DNA of 64,000 bases from Octopus sinensis. Taxonomy: Eukaryota. The number at the start of each line of letters is the position of its first letter. Positions within the stretch are counted from its first letter, which is position 1. The notes under the pieces are model-generated. The model was not told the origin of the DNA. It searched no databases and saw only the letters and a program-made list of their open reading frames with translations. The translations under genes were made by a program, and so were the position numbers. Shown here piece by piece: positions 37,861 through 51,306 of this stretch. The stretch covers positions 24,676,001 through 24,740,000 of the forward strand of contig NC_042999.1 in the NCBI RefSeq assembly GCF_006345805.1. Direction: 5' to 3'.

Positions 37861-38384
37861 CGGATACAATGCGTTGAACACTTTCATTAACAAAACGATC
37901 CCCTACAAAAAGAAAGATAGAAATATTAGCTAGCAAGATATCTTTCATTGTTACTTAATAGAAATAGACGGAAATGTTCTGACTAAATAATTTAGTTACG
38001 GACTCATTCTTTACTGCTGCGACAGTTTATATCTTGGGAATATGCCTCCTTTAATATCGATTTTATCAGAGTTGTCTCTTGTTGCTCAGATTATGTGAAT
38101 TTGAGAAAATCTTAGAAGTTGATACAGAGGCACATCAGCGAGCCCTTATCTAGATTTTACTAATTTCAGTTTCGAGTTTGTGCCAAAAGTATCGCGATCG
38201 AGCCGACATCAATCTACGAAATTGCACTATTAGAATGGAAAACTCCAAACCTGAGTCTTAAATAACATGTAATTGTCGACATCGAGTTCTTTACACGTAG
38301 GGTATAATTTGTGTATTTTACTCGAGATCCGTTTCTATTTACTTAAACGGCCATGGATTAGGGTCTGTTACTATATATTATTGT

Positions 38385-38700
38385 GAAGGCACGTGGCTTA
38401 GTGGTTAGAGAGTTGGACTTACAATCGTGTGGTTGTTAGTTTGATTCCAGGACCGGGTTGTGTGTTGTATTCTTGAGCAAGACACTTTATTTTACGTTGC
38501 TCCAATTCGCTCAGCTGTAGAAATGAGTTGCGACGTCATTCATTGGTGCTAAGTTGTATCGGACTTTGTTTTGCCTTGGGTAACATTGGTGCCGTTGAGT
38601 GGGGGGTGGCTGGTATGCATGGTCAACTTCTGATCTTCCACAAGCACCCTTGCTCGGACTTGTACCTTAAAGGGGAACTTCCTAGGTGTAATTCCATGGT
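38385..38700 (+). mobile_element. Older tRNA-derived SINE
   Basis: gtgaaggcacgtggcttagtggttagag head, degenerate B box, central cttgagcaagacacttta domain. Confidence 0.6.
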
Positions 38701-39114
38701 CATTTATAACCTTTCACTATACGTTATTAAAGTGAAACTGTAGAATCCAATGAACATAATGTATTTTGTACAATGGTTCTTAACCATTTTGGCAAATCAA
38801 TGATCTTCTGTGACCCATTATTCTGATAGGGTACATTTAAGATTTAGAAGGAAAATATTCATCAGTTATTGCTTGTATGAAATGCTGTGTCGTATAACAA
38901 AGGACTCATTGTATAACATTTATGAACATTTCACATTTTATCAACAATTTCAAAGTTAAAGATTTTTTTCTCTGCAATCGTTTTAAAATCATGTCGCTAC
39001 ACAATTTGGATCTCGACCCAACGGATGGGAACTGGCAGGGCCCACTTCTGAAGGTATTGGTACTTTGGGCAGTTGCCCAGACCGCCACATCATATGTTTG
39101 GGATCTTCCATATA

Positions 39115-39630
39115 CGAGGGACGTTCAATAAGTAATGCCCCTGACCCAGTTACAGTTGTTTGATCTAGCTGAAATTTTGCATGTGCAATTATTTATATCT
39201 CTATAGAGTAAGTGGCAAATTACAGCTCTGAATTAATTGTGGTTTCTGATTTACAGGTGTTTGAACCGAGTCAAGTGTGAAATGGAGCCTGTTGAGTGTC
39301 GAGCAGTGATCCGCTTTTTATAGTTAAAAGGACGCACACCACGGGAGACTTTTGATGAAATGAAAGTAACTTATGGTGATGATGCCCCATCATATGACCT
39401 TGTAAAACGCTGGCATCGTGAATTCAAACATGGTCAGAACTCTGTGGAAACAGCTCCCAGATCTGGTCGGCCCGCTTCTGCCATTAATGAGGCATCTGTC
39501 CGTCAAACGATGGGAGAAATGCGTAACTCAGGGTGGTTCCTATGTAGAAAAAGACTAATAACTGTGTCAAGTTTCGTTGCTCTACTGCTATGGGAATGGG
39601 TCAGGGGCGTTACTTATTGAACGTCCCTCG
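39115..39630 (+). mobile_element. Mariner internal-deletion derivative
   Basis: 34-bp TIRs (cgagggacgttcaataagtaatgcccctgaccca, one mismatch) with TA TSD on both sides; retains transposase N-terminus MEPVECRAVIRFL*LKG...VKRWHREFKHG...PRSGRP. Confidence 0.92.
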
Positions 39631-40418
39631 TACAAACAGTAAAATGTGAAAATAAGAAATAAAATGAAATAAAAAGAAAATACGAAAATTTCTTGATTGG
39701 TGTCAAGATTATTTTCAGTGTATGTGAAATGTTTAATGAGTAATTTCTCATGCAGTCTATCATTTCTCGATTATTTTAGATAAACGTTTTAGATCGGAAT
39801 AACTTCGTCTTCAAATTACAGTGAGAAACTCCACATTTGTCTACTGGAGTGGATAGTCAAATAAAATTTCCAGGTAATATATGCAAAAATATTATGGTAT
39901 CTCACACAACTCATTGAATATGTATCTTAGATAATTCACTGTCAAACACACACATACACACACACGACACTTACCCGACATATACCTAACATCGGAGATG
40001 TTCCTTACACACACTGACATTTAACTAATATACGTATAACTCCCACCATATATCTACCTGAATTCAGCTGAGACTTACCTGTCACACAAGCAAATGTTTA
40101 TTGTAAGGGTGATATCTAAATCATCCGTTATGGAAATGATATCATCATCTCAAGTCGTTGTTAATTGGTGTTTTGTTTTTTTTTATTTTCTTTATCTTTC
40201 CTCTTTTATCTCTTGTTTCAGAGTACGGCCATGCTGGAGCACCGCTTTAGAGAATTTTTAGTCGAATGAATCGACCCCAGTACTTATTGTTTTCTAAGCC
40301 TGGTCCTTTTTCTATTGGTCTCTTTTGCTGAACTGGTAAGTTACGGGGACGTAAACACACCAGCACCGGTTGTCAAGCGGTGGTGGGGAACAAACACAGA
40401 CACAAAGACTCAAGCACA

Positions 40419-40475
<57 letters not shown>

Positions 40476-40654
40476 GCAACACGTTTCTTTCACTTTCCGT
40501 CTGCCAAATCCACCCACAAGGCTTTTTTCTATTGGTCTTTTTTGCTGAACTGCTAAGTTACGGGGACGTAAGCACACCAGCACCGGTTGTCAAGCGGTGG
40601 TGGGGAACAAACACAGACACAAAGGCACATAAAAAATACACAGATACAAAGACT

Positions 40655-40690
<36 letters not shown>

Positions 40691-41440
40691 ACAAAAGGTT
40701 TCTTTCACTTTCCGTCTGCCAAATCCACTCACAAGGCTTTGGTGGACCCGAGGCTATAGAAGACACTTGGCCAATGTGTCACGCAGTAGTTGGGATGCAA
40801 GCTTCTTACCACACTTAGATTCCTTTTTTTTCTTTTCTAAGAATTTCTTGTTCCTAAATTGCACGAAGGTAACCTTCATGGAGAGATGTTGCATAATAGA
40901 TCCTTCTTGGCTTAAAGTACCCCCTACCACGAATGTGATAAGTATCTATGAACCTCTGTAGTAAATCTGGTTCATCCTACAAATAAAACAAGTGGACGCT
41001 GTCGGGCAGTTTCCTGCGAACAAGAGAATTTCTTAGTCTAATAAACTTTTACAGACTTTTCATTTTGCATTGTGCAGAAACGATTCGTTGAAGCTTAACC
41101 GAAAAAAGAAAAATGAAGAAAATTATTTTAACAGAAAAAGAACTGGACTTTATTTACTGTTATGCATTGTTTCGTTCTTGATGGGATGATAGACAACTCA
41201 ATGAAGGCATTGTTATTGTTTTACGTGTTTATTTACTTTACCTGTTTACACGAACTGTCAATATTCAGCGTAGTGAAACTCATTCTCTTTAGACACAGTT
41301 CGTACTGTTTACTAACAAAATCGTCCCAAGAGTGGGGGATGTGTTCTACACACGTATACCTACGTATACACATAGGTATGAATGTGTAACATTTACATTA
41401 TTTACAATTGACGGATATTTGTCCTCATCTTTTTTATTGT

Positions 41441-41490
41441 TAAGACAATGTTTCGGCTGATACACCCTCCAGCCTTCATCAGGTGTCTTA
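41441..41490 (-). ncRNA. Degenerate minimal hammerhead motif (Penelope-type)
   Basis: Minus strand reads taagacac-CTGATGA-a-ggctg-gagggtgtat-cagcc-GAAA-catt-gtctta. Core and stem II are intact; stem III palindrome is broken (ACAT instead of ACGT) and stem I is slipped. Confidence 0.5.
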
Positions 41491-41984
41491 CTCTTTTACT
41501 CTTTTACTTGTTTCAGTCATTTGACTGTGGTCATGCTGGAGCACCGCCTTTAGTCGAGCAAATCGACCCCAGGAATTATTTTTTGTAAGCCTAGTACTTA
41601 TTCTATCGGTCTCTTTTGCCGAACCGCTAAGTTACGGGCACGTAAACACACCAGCATCAGTTATCAAGCGATGTTGGGGGGACAAACACAGACACACTAA
41701 CACACACACATACATACATGCATACATACATACATATATATATATATATTATATATATATATATACATATATACGACGGGCTTCTTTCAGTTTCCGTCTA
41801 CCAAATCTACTCACAAGGCTTCGGTCGGCCCGAGGCTATAGCAGAAGACACTTGCCCAAGGTGCCACGCAGTGGGACTGAACACGGAACTATGTGGTTCG
41901 TAAGCAAGCTACTTACCACACAGCCACTCCTACGCCTGTCTTGGAGAAATTTCGAACCTGGGTTCTCATTCCTAAGGTATTTTT

Positions 41985-42016
41985 CGATGTTGTTGTTGTT
42001 GTTGTTGTTGTTGTTA

Positions 42017-42076
<60 letters not shown>

Positions 42077-42088
42077 ATTATTATTATT

Positions 42089-42121
<33 letters not shown>

Positions 42122-42162
42122 TAATTATTATATTATTATTATTATTATCATTATTATTATCA

Positions 42163-42193
<31 letters not shown>

Positions 42194-42197
42194 TATT
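41985..42197. repeat. (GTT)n/(ATT)n microsatellite; a second ATT tract at 42755-42872
   Basis: Directly visible. Confidence 0.95.
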
Positions 42198-42755
42198 GAG
42201 TGAGGAGAGCAGTTCATGCCATCAAAGTGACACTGGGGTAAAATATACGAAGCCCAATATACCCATCATGACTACCCGTCTGATAAAGGTACACCAGGCA
42301 CATGCATCACAACCATATGTGCGCGACATGGTGATCTCATATCAAGATAAACAACACATGACCTTGCAGGTGGGGCCCAGTTAGAATTTTCTTCAGGTTG
42401 AGTAGCCCATCCTGCTCAAACGGTCCCTGAATAAGGGTTGCTTTAGGATGTTGAACGAAACACCTGTTTCCAGAGGTGAACCATTCAAACTCCAAAGAAT
42501 CCCTCTCAACACATGGCCATGATGCTCCCCCACTATTTCTGCTCGTGATCAGAGATGCACATATCGTCAGCCACTAAGGGACATGCTCAACTGGTTAAGG
42601 TCAAACAACTGACAAGCAAACCTGTGGTATTGAGCAGAATATTTGCTGTAGCCCATCTTTTATACCAAGACAAAACAATGTACATGATAACACTTCCAGT
42701 CAGTTAAGATCAGAAGCCATGAGAGCCACTGCCTGGTACTGCATCAGGGCATTCA
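42195..42755 (-). mobile_element. Unclassified interspersed-repeat-like segment flanked by (AAT)n tracts
   Basis: Complex ~550 bp block bracketed by long ATT microsatellites; only one copy in the window, so its repeat nature is inferred. Confidence 0.3.
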
Positions 42756-42781
42756 TTATTATTATTATTATTATCATTATT

Positions 42782-42854
<73 letters not shown>

Positions 42855-44056
42855 TATTATTATTATTATTATTCAGGTCACTGCCTGGAATCGAACTGGA
42901 CTTGTTTAACAATATTAAAAAAAAAAGAAAAAGGAATTGTGTTAAGATACCTATTTGCCGCATCCAATACAAGATGAACCCTTTAGGAGAGGTCTCAGAT
43001 GTTGGAATCGCCGTTGTCTTGAAACTGTTCATTCATGGGTCATGGTTCATAGCTCAAGATTTAGTCATTATTCTCCAAGTGTCTGAAAGCAGCTGAATGC
43101 AAATACATTTTCCGGCGTATTTTATTTCACAGTAAAACACTTTCGTCATTAACTTGAAGGATGAAAATTTGTTATCTACTCTCTTTTACTCTTTTACTCT
43201 TTTATTTGTTTCAGTCATTTGACTGCGCCATGCTGGATCACCGCCTTTAGTCGAGCAAATCGACTCCAGGACTTATTCTTTGTAAGCCTAGTACTTATTC
43301 TATCGGTCTCTTTTGCCGAACCGCTAAGTTATGGGGACGTAAACACAGCATTATCGGTTGTCAAGCGATGTTGGGGGGACAAACACAGACACACAAACAT
43401 ATACATACATATACATACATATACATACATATATATATATACATATATACGACGGGCTTCTTTCAGTTTCCGTCTACCAAATTCACTCACAAGGCTTTGG
43501 TCGGCCCGAGGCTATAGCAGAAGACACTTGCCCAAGGTGCCACGCAGTGGGACTGAACCCAGAACCATGTGGCTCGTAAGCAAGCTACTTACCACATAGC
43601 CACTCCTACTCTGATGATAATCTGTTAACCTTCGAGCTGCAGTTAAAATCAGATAAACACTGTACCAGAGAAATTTGACATGATGATTTACATCACAATT
43701 TGCTGGCGAAATTTGATATATAAAGAGAGCTAAGAACAGTCCTGTAGACGCTTTATCTCGTGTTTTTGTTAGTTTTTTTTTTAATATGCTTTTTATTGTT
43801 TTTATGAGTTTCTTACATTCATTCTCTTTTACTCCTTTACTCTTTTACTTGTTTCAGTCATTTGACTGCGGCCACGCTGGAGCACCGCCTTTAGTCGAGC
43901 AACTCGACCCCGGGACTTATTCTTTTTGTAAGCCCAGTACTTATTCTATCGGTCCCTTTTTGCCGAACCGCTATGTTACGGGGACGTAAACACACCAGCA
44001 TCGGTTGTCAAGCAATGCTAGGGGAACAAACAGACACACAAACACACACACACATA

Positions 44057-44162
<106 letters not shown>

Positions 44163-44935
44163 CATATATACGACAGGCTTCTTCAGTTTCCGTCTACCAA
44201 ATCCACTCACAAGGCATTGGTCGGCCCGGGGCTATAGCATAAGACACTTGCCCAAGATGCCACGCAGTGGGACTGAACCCGGAACCATGTGGTTGGTTAG
44301 CAAGCTACTTACTACACAGCCACTCCTGCGCCTATATATATATATACATATATACGACAGGCTTCTTTCAGTTTCCGTCTACCAAATCCACTCACAAGGC
44401 ATTGGTCGACCCGGGGCTATAGCACAAGACACTTGCCCAAGATGCCACGCAGTGGGACTGAACCCCGAACCATGTGGTTGGGTAGCAAGCTACTTACCAC
44501 ACAGCCACCCCTGCATTGGCTTAAATTAAGAAAAAATTGCGGCTGACCTTGGAAACAGATGAGGAATTACTGCAACTACGATATTCGTCAAAAAAGAGAC
44601 GGGGATGTGGAGAATTGAAGAATCAGTGTAAGAATGTGTGTATAGTTAATGATGACAACGAAGTTTGAAAAGGAAAGGGGATTGAAACGATGGTTAAGCC
44701 TTGAAATCGCGGATTGAGAATATTTCCATCAACATAGGAGCATGAGTGGCTGTGTAGTAAGAAGTTTGCTTCCCAACCACATGGTTCTAGGTTCAATCCC
44801 GCTGCATGGCACCTTGGGCAAATGTCTTCTACTTTTACCTCGGACACCGACCAAAGAGTGGTGAATTGACGGAAACTGAAATTTGGCAGACGGAAACTAA
44901 AATCAGCCTGTCGTTTGTGTGTGTGTGTGGGTGGG

Positions 44936-44971
<36 letters not shown>

Positions 44972-46066
44972 GTGTGTATGTGTGTGTATCTTCTTTGTGT
45001 ATGTGTATGTGTGTGCTTGTCCCTCTCTCCGCTTGACAGCCGGTGCTGGTGTGTTTTTACGTCCCGGCAACTTAGCAGTTCGGCAAAAGAGACTGATAGA
45101 GTAAATACCAGGCTTTAAAAAGCAAATACTGGGGTCGGTTCATTCGGCTAAAATTCTTAAAGGAGGTGTCCCAGCTTGGCCGCCATCTAATGACTGAAAC
45201 AAGTAAAAGATAAAAGATTATACATACATACATAATACATACCGTAAACCTTTGAATTTAGTCCGCCCTTGAGTATAATACGTAGGGGATTTTTAGGGGG
45301 CTGTACTTCTGAAAAGCCTAAACCTTGTGTATAATAAGCACCCCTTCTTCTAACCCGAGTCGTGCGTAATTAAGTCAGCAGCACCTAGTTGAACAAACAC
45401 TTCCGCGCATGCGTAATACAATAATGGTGATGTTCTTAACTGTTATATGGGAATGTAAATATGTTTGCAAATTATTTATGTTACATGTTATTCTGTGTTC
45501 TGAATACTTTTATTTTAATAAATGTTGCTTACTGCAAGTTATGAATGATTCTTTTATGACATCATTGCTTTCACGCTTAGCTTAAGATATTTTCGCGCCC
45601 GACATCACAAAATGTGTCTGAATAAACATTGCCGGACAGCAAATAGAGACTCGGACATTGCTTAGAAAATACTTTTCATTTTAAACCTCGTATATAGTAC
45701 GCACTAGGGATTTTGACCTTTAAATTTTGGGGAAAAAATGCGGATTATACTCGAAGATTTACGGTATATATATATTATTGTTTTTACGTACTTTTGTATT
45801 TTTATTTCTGTAACATCGTCCAGTTTTCCGTCCTTGTTTTGTATACATTCGAGGCTTTCTTCCAAGGAATCTAATGCGCTTGGCTTAGATTTTCCTTTGC
45901 GGCTGGCCAGATCGGAGCAATCTCAAGATTAATAAGCCGAAATTGCGAGGATGATCCGGTTCTTGACTGAAGATTGAAGGCTTCGAATGTCCCGTCCGTG
46001 TTTTTAGTATCGTCTCTTAAATGTTTTACGTTCTTGTCCCAGTTTTTTTTTTTTTTACATTTACAG

Positions 46067-46097
<31 letters not shown>

Positions 46098-46909
46098 GGG
46101 CGGGCAACAGGCTGCTTTACCGCATACCGAAGGAATTATATATATATATATTTAAGTAGTTGAATGAATTATCCTAGTATGGATAATTCGGATAACCGAT
46201 ACACGGGTAGCAAATTTTGTGGCGTCTGTAATTCCGAACTTTTCCATATACTTTTCGCCAAATTCCCTTTAGTAAATACAATGGTTGAAAAATCCTATAG
46301 GTGCATGCACTGGCAGAAACACACCTTTCACTCATATGAATGATGAGTAATATAGATAACCTCCTTGAATTTAATAATTTGGTTCCACTTATACAACACC
46401 ACCAAAGACAAATTTTTATCCTCATGAAGGACTACTACCTAATTCGTTGGGGTATGTTTTACCTTTGTCTCTCTACCTCTCCCTCCTCTCTCTCTCTCCC
46501 TCTCTCTCTCTCCCTCTCTCTATCGTAAGCACAATCAAACACACAGACACAAACCTGTCACTTCACCAATAGTTGTTTTTGACATCTACCCATCCACACA
46601 CACAATCACGCACACACATAAACATGAATGCAGTTATATACATACACACACATAGGCACTCAATCTCATTAGAAAAAGCAAACAACAACACATCACCATT
46701 CATATGACTTGCACCCTGTCACCTTCCTATTCTTAGATCTCTCCCCTTCCAACCTTGTTTGAACTCTTGAACTTTCTAGAATCTTCTACATTCAACCATT
46801 TTTGACGTCACTGCTTAAAAGGAATATTTTAAAGAAACACTCATTATCGCTATGGACTCCGTGTGGGCAGTCATCTAAAAGTTTTTGTTCATCATGATGC
46901 TGACATAAG

Positions 46910-47008
46910 TTCCTTGTCTTTCCTGATGAGAAGGCGGCATAATGCACCCCTTATTCCTTCGAAATTAGGAATATGCAGTCTTCGAAACATATGTCGAGAA
47001 TAAAGGAA
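46910..47008 (+). ncRNA. Type I hammerhead ribozyme, apparently intact
   Basis: Core CTGATGA (46923-46929), GAAA (46984-46987) and GTC cleavage triplet (46993-46995). Stem II gaaggc/gtcttc is extended by gcata/tatgc and ttcct/aggaa. Stem III is the palindrome ACATATGT. Stem I is tttc/gaga, a 3x3 internal loop, then ttcctt/aaggaa. Confidence 0.8.
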
Positions 47009-47054
47009 TTTTGTTAAATCGTCGTTCAACTCCATTCTTTCATTTATATATATA

Positions 47055-47439
47055 CTAGCAGTATCGCCCGGCGTTGCTCAGGTTTGTAAGGGAAATAACT
47101 ATAAAGCATTCTTAGAGAGTTATAGCCAAAAAATAGCAAAAAGATGGAAAAAAATGATGGTAAATTTTTTTTGAGAGTAAAAAAAGGTGGAGTTGCGTCC
47201 CCTAGACAGTTTGCGGTTTGTGTTTCTGATTCTCGACCCCATGTCGAATTATCGATTTTTTTCAGAACTGGGGGAACTTTTCAAAATTTTCGCTGCGTTA
47301 GTTTTGAATTATGACATTGGGCTATGTGTGTGTCAAGTTTCATCAGAATCGGTTGAAAGCCGTGGTCAGGGTGAGGGTACGAGAAAACAGACACACAGAA
47401 ACACGCCACAGACAAACTGCCATTTATATATATATATAT

Positions 47440-47503
<64 letters not shown>
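47055..47503 (-). mobile_element. Non-autonomous Helitron sharing its 3' module with 17510-17903
   Basis: 3' CTAG with hairpin at 47055-47082; the last ~110 bp resemble the 17510 copy; different 5' module starting TC(TA)n aaatggcagtttgtctg. Confidence 0.7.
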
Positions 47504-47535
<32 letters not shown>

Positions 47536-48076
47536 GAGAGAGAGATGAAAGTTAAAAACACAAAAAAAACAAAGGAAATGATTAAGTAGAGAATGAATGG
47601 GAATCGAAAGGGAAGAAATAAATTCCACTTAAATGAATTGAATAAATAAAGCATTAAATAAACAAGGATAAAAGAAACGAAACATCAGCAACAGCTCCCT
47701 GTCTTTAGTTTACAGTAAACTGCTCTCCGAGGCCTAACTTGAATGCTTCACAGTCAATCACAGTTTTTAAACACTTCAATAACTGTGAACAAACAAAACA
47801 AAGCAATTAATTACCGTAACTTAATTCAATTCCAGTGTGATTTCAAAGGTAAATTTAATTATGGAAAATAGGTTCCTTTTGCTACAAAGGTTTTTGTTGA
47901 TTGACAAATGCTGTATGAAAACAATACGAGTTAACTAAAGGTTAACTAAAGTTTTAATAGAATATATAATATATAACTCATGGACATCATCCGCCTGTAA
48001 AATAACAGTTAAGCTACACTGTTAAGGCATTTATTAGGTTAGTGTTACGATGTTTTAAGCAGGGAGTATTAAAATG

Positions 48077-48597
48077 CTAGCTTCTTCTTCTTCTTCTTCT
48101 TCTTCTTCTTCTTCTTCTTCTTCTTCTTCTTCTTCTTCTTCTCCTCCTCCTTCTTCTCCTTCTCCTTCTTCTTTTTCTTCTTCTCCTTCTCCTTCTTCTT
48201 TTCTTCTTCTCCTTTTTCTTATCCTCCTCTTCTTCTTCTTCTTCTTCTTCTTCTTTCTTCTTTTTCTTTTCTTCTTCTTCTTTCTTCTTCTCTTCTTCAT
48301 CTCTTCTTCTTCTTCTTCTTCTTCTCTTCTTCTTCTTCTTCTTTTCTTCTTCTTCTTCTTCTCTTCTCTCCTCCTCCTTCTTCTCTCTCCTTCTTTTTCT
48401 TCTTCTCCTTCTCCTCTTCTTCTTTTCTTTCTCCTTTTTCTTCTTCCTCCTCTTCTTCTTTTCTTCTTCTTCTTCTCTGTTTTTCTTCTTCTTCTTATTC
48501 TTCTTCTTCTTCTTCCTCTCTTATTCTTCTTCTTCTTCTTCTTCTTCTTCTTCGTCTTCTTCTTCTTCTTCTTCTTCTTCTTCTTCTCTTCTTCTTC
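48077..48597. repeat. ~520-bp degenerate (CTT)n polypyrimidine tract
   Basis: Directly visible; almost entirely C/T on the plus strand. Confidence 0.95.
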
Positions 48598-48869
48598 TTA
48601 TATTATATTAGCACTACCATTGCAAAGTTATTTTGCTATGTTCATTGCATTAATTCTTTCAGGAAGGAATGTCATCATTTCCATTTGTCAATAAGTATCT
48701 TAAAGTTAAAAGAGAGATTAGTATTCGTTAAAAATCGTCAGACAGGAAGTACTGGTTTCATTCTGTTTAACTTGACTGGTTATGAATGAAGAGACAAGTG
48801 AAACACATACATACATAATACATACATACATACATACATACATACATACAACATACATACATACATACA

Positions 48870-48914
<45 letters not shown>

Positions 48915-48918
<4 letters not shown>

Positions 48919-49670
48919 TACAATCATATACATATGGAAAATCCTGGAGGGACATTTTCTAAACTTTGGCATTAAAGAGAACGTCAAAGCACGAATTAGC
49001 AGACACTGTCAGCTTCCAAATATACCACCCTGGAAACCACAAGCAAAAGCATTCTATTGTACCAGTCTGATATTGAGAGGTCCTCAACTGTTCAACTGCT
49101 TACCTAAAGAAATATGAAATATAAAAGGATCCTCTACGGATCTTTTCGGTTTGAACGGCAGTTTTCACCCATAATTATGACCCTAGTATCGATCTATTGC
49201 ATTTCAATCTGTTTTAGGTTTAAGGTTAGTTAGGGTTAGGGTTAGGGGTGGGGGGAAGGGTATCTTTTTTCTTCACAAATATAAATAAACCCAATCTATT
49301 TCTTAAACGAGGGACATATTCATACGGCACAGAATGCTTTTTAACTCAATAGACGTCACTGATTGGTTGAAATTGCAGAAATTGAAGAAAAAAACCAACA
49401 AATATCTTACAAACTATAGAATTTTCTCAATAAAGCCAAGAGGAAAAGATGTTTTAACACATTCTACCAGTATACGAAGTTTAAAATTTTTTAGTTACCT
49501 AGAAATTATGTTAAAAACTGCCGTTCAAACCGAAAAGATCCGCCTCTACTGAAACAAAAAAATAGAAAATAATCATTGGATAAATTCGTAAAGACGATGC
49601 CAGACCACCAGTCAACCATTCAAAGATACACTCAAGAAAGGTCAGCCATCACAGACTCCAACATAGACCA
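48915..49670 (+). mobile_element. CR1-group LINE 3' end split by Merlin-like MITE copy 2
   Basis: IIYIWKILEG...RHC.LP....FYCTSL.LRGPQLFNCLPKEI before the MITE and HLDKFVKTMPD after it. Confidence 0.7.
49138..49541 (+). mobile_element. Merlin-like MITE copy 2, inserted into a CR1-like LINE tail
   Basis: Same TIRs as copy 1; TSD tcctctac/gcctctac (7 of 8 match). Confidence 0.85.
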
Positions 49671-49777
49671 ATTTCCTGCCATAAAACGACAACAAACCAT
49701 TAAAAGAATAAAAGAATGACAGATGTATACATGAGTGTGTGCGCGTGTGTGTGTGCGTGTGTGTGTGTGTGTGTGAG

Positions 49778-49812
<35 letters not shown>

Positions 49813-51306
49813 TGTGTGTGTGTATAAGAAATCACTATGACCATGAGGAACAGCAAGAATCAAAACGGTGACATGCATATTCATTCTTTATACGTTCTGT
49901 GTTTTTATTGTCAACTATCAAATACTACCACAGGCATCTCGGGTGCCTTTAGTGTTGTCCATTCTGTTATTACATGGAAAAACGAGAGCATGAAAAGTAA
50001 TATTTTAAAGATTATAAACCTGGAAATGTACAGAACAAGTTATTACACCTGTAAAAGTATAGGACAAGCTGTTACTTCTTGTAAAGTAAGGAATAAGAAA
50101 CATTTTACTTTGCAGTAAAGAATGCCAGTTCTTCTAATTTATCACTCTTTACAGTTCTCATCTTTTAAATTTATTGTACAAAACTGTTCAGCTAATTTGT
50201 AAGTTTGTCTAATTAGTCACTTTTTTTCTGTATTTAAAGTAGTAAATTAGTCATATTCTACTTAAATAAGTATAGTGTTATTTGTAAACTATAATATAAT
50301 AAGTTTTAATATTAAAATTTTAATCTTAGTTGCAATATTTTAAGTAAAACGCTTCTTATTCTTTACTTTACTAGAAGTAATAGCTTGTCCTATACTTTTA
50401 CAGGTTTATAATCTTAAGAATATTACTTTTCATTCTCGCAGTTTTCCATGTAATCCATGATTTTTCCAGGCATTGCTGTTATAAGATAATTAATAATGTG
50501 TCTATAATTTAAGGTTTTACCTTATAAAATACTGAAAATATAATATTTCAATTTTTTCATGTAAGTCATGATAATATTTCAATTTATTTCATGTTTAATT
50601 TAAATATATATTGTGATTGAATTATTTGATATTACCCTTCCACACCAAATTAATGGCAGGGATTTGTACCATGGTGTTGGTTGCACCATGGCTCACCAAA
50701 AGTTACAAATAAGACCCCAAAACCATCAGTTACCAGGATCACCTCAAGTAGCCTAATTTTGCAAATATTAGGAGGTCACAGGAATTCATTCAACAAAAAA
50801 AATAATAATTTCCAATGATTCCAGGATTGGGGGGGGGGGGGTTCCCCTCGTCCCTTCTTTTTTCAAAACCAAAGTAAGGGAGTTGCAGCATATTAGGAGG
50901 TCAGGGTACTTGATTCCATGCAAAAAATTCATTTGTGCTACTCATAAACCTTCTCGGTAGTTCAATTATTTGGTAAAAAGAAATACACCAAAGCAACTTA
51001 AACCGTCTAAAGGACGGGTATATTTGCTAGTTACGGATATAAATCTGAACTTGTGATCAGGGTGGAATAGCTATAAATTTCTCAATAGTTCAGTGTAGGC
51101 GTTTTCTTTTTCATAAATCTTTGGCTTTATGGTGACATCCGTTGGGCAATTGACTTCCACTACTGTACATAGTTTCTCTTCACTGTCCCAATACACTATG
51201 TTTGATCTATTATGTTTATATATTACTGAGGTTTTCACTGGGACATCCCAGCAGTACACTTTTATATTATGAGTGGTTATGGTCTCTGTGACAATATGGG
51301 TTCTTA

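Noticed and set aside
45967-45995. CTGAAGA...GAAT hammerhead-like motif
   Set aside because: GAAA is missing and no convincing stems I-III form.
48055-48694. Poly-K/E and poly-S/F ORFs
   Set aside because: Translation of the (CTT)n tract.
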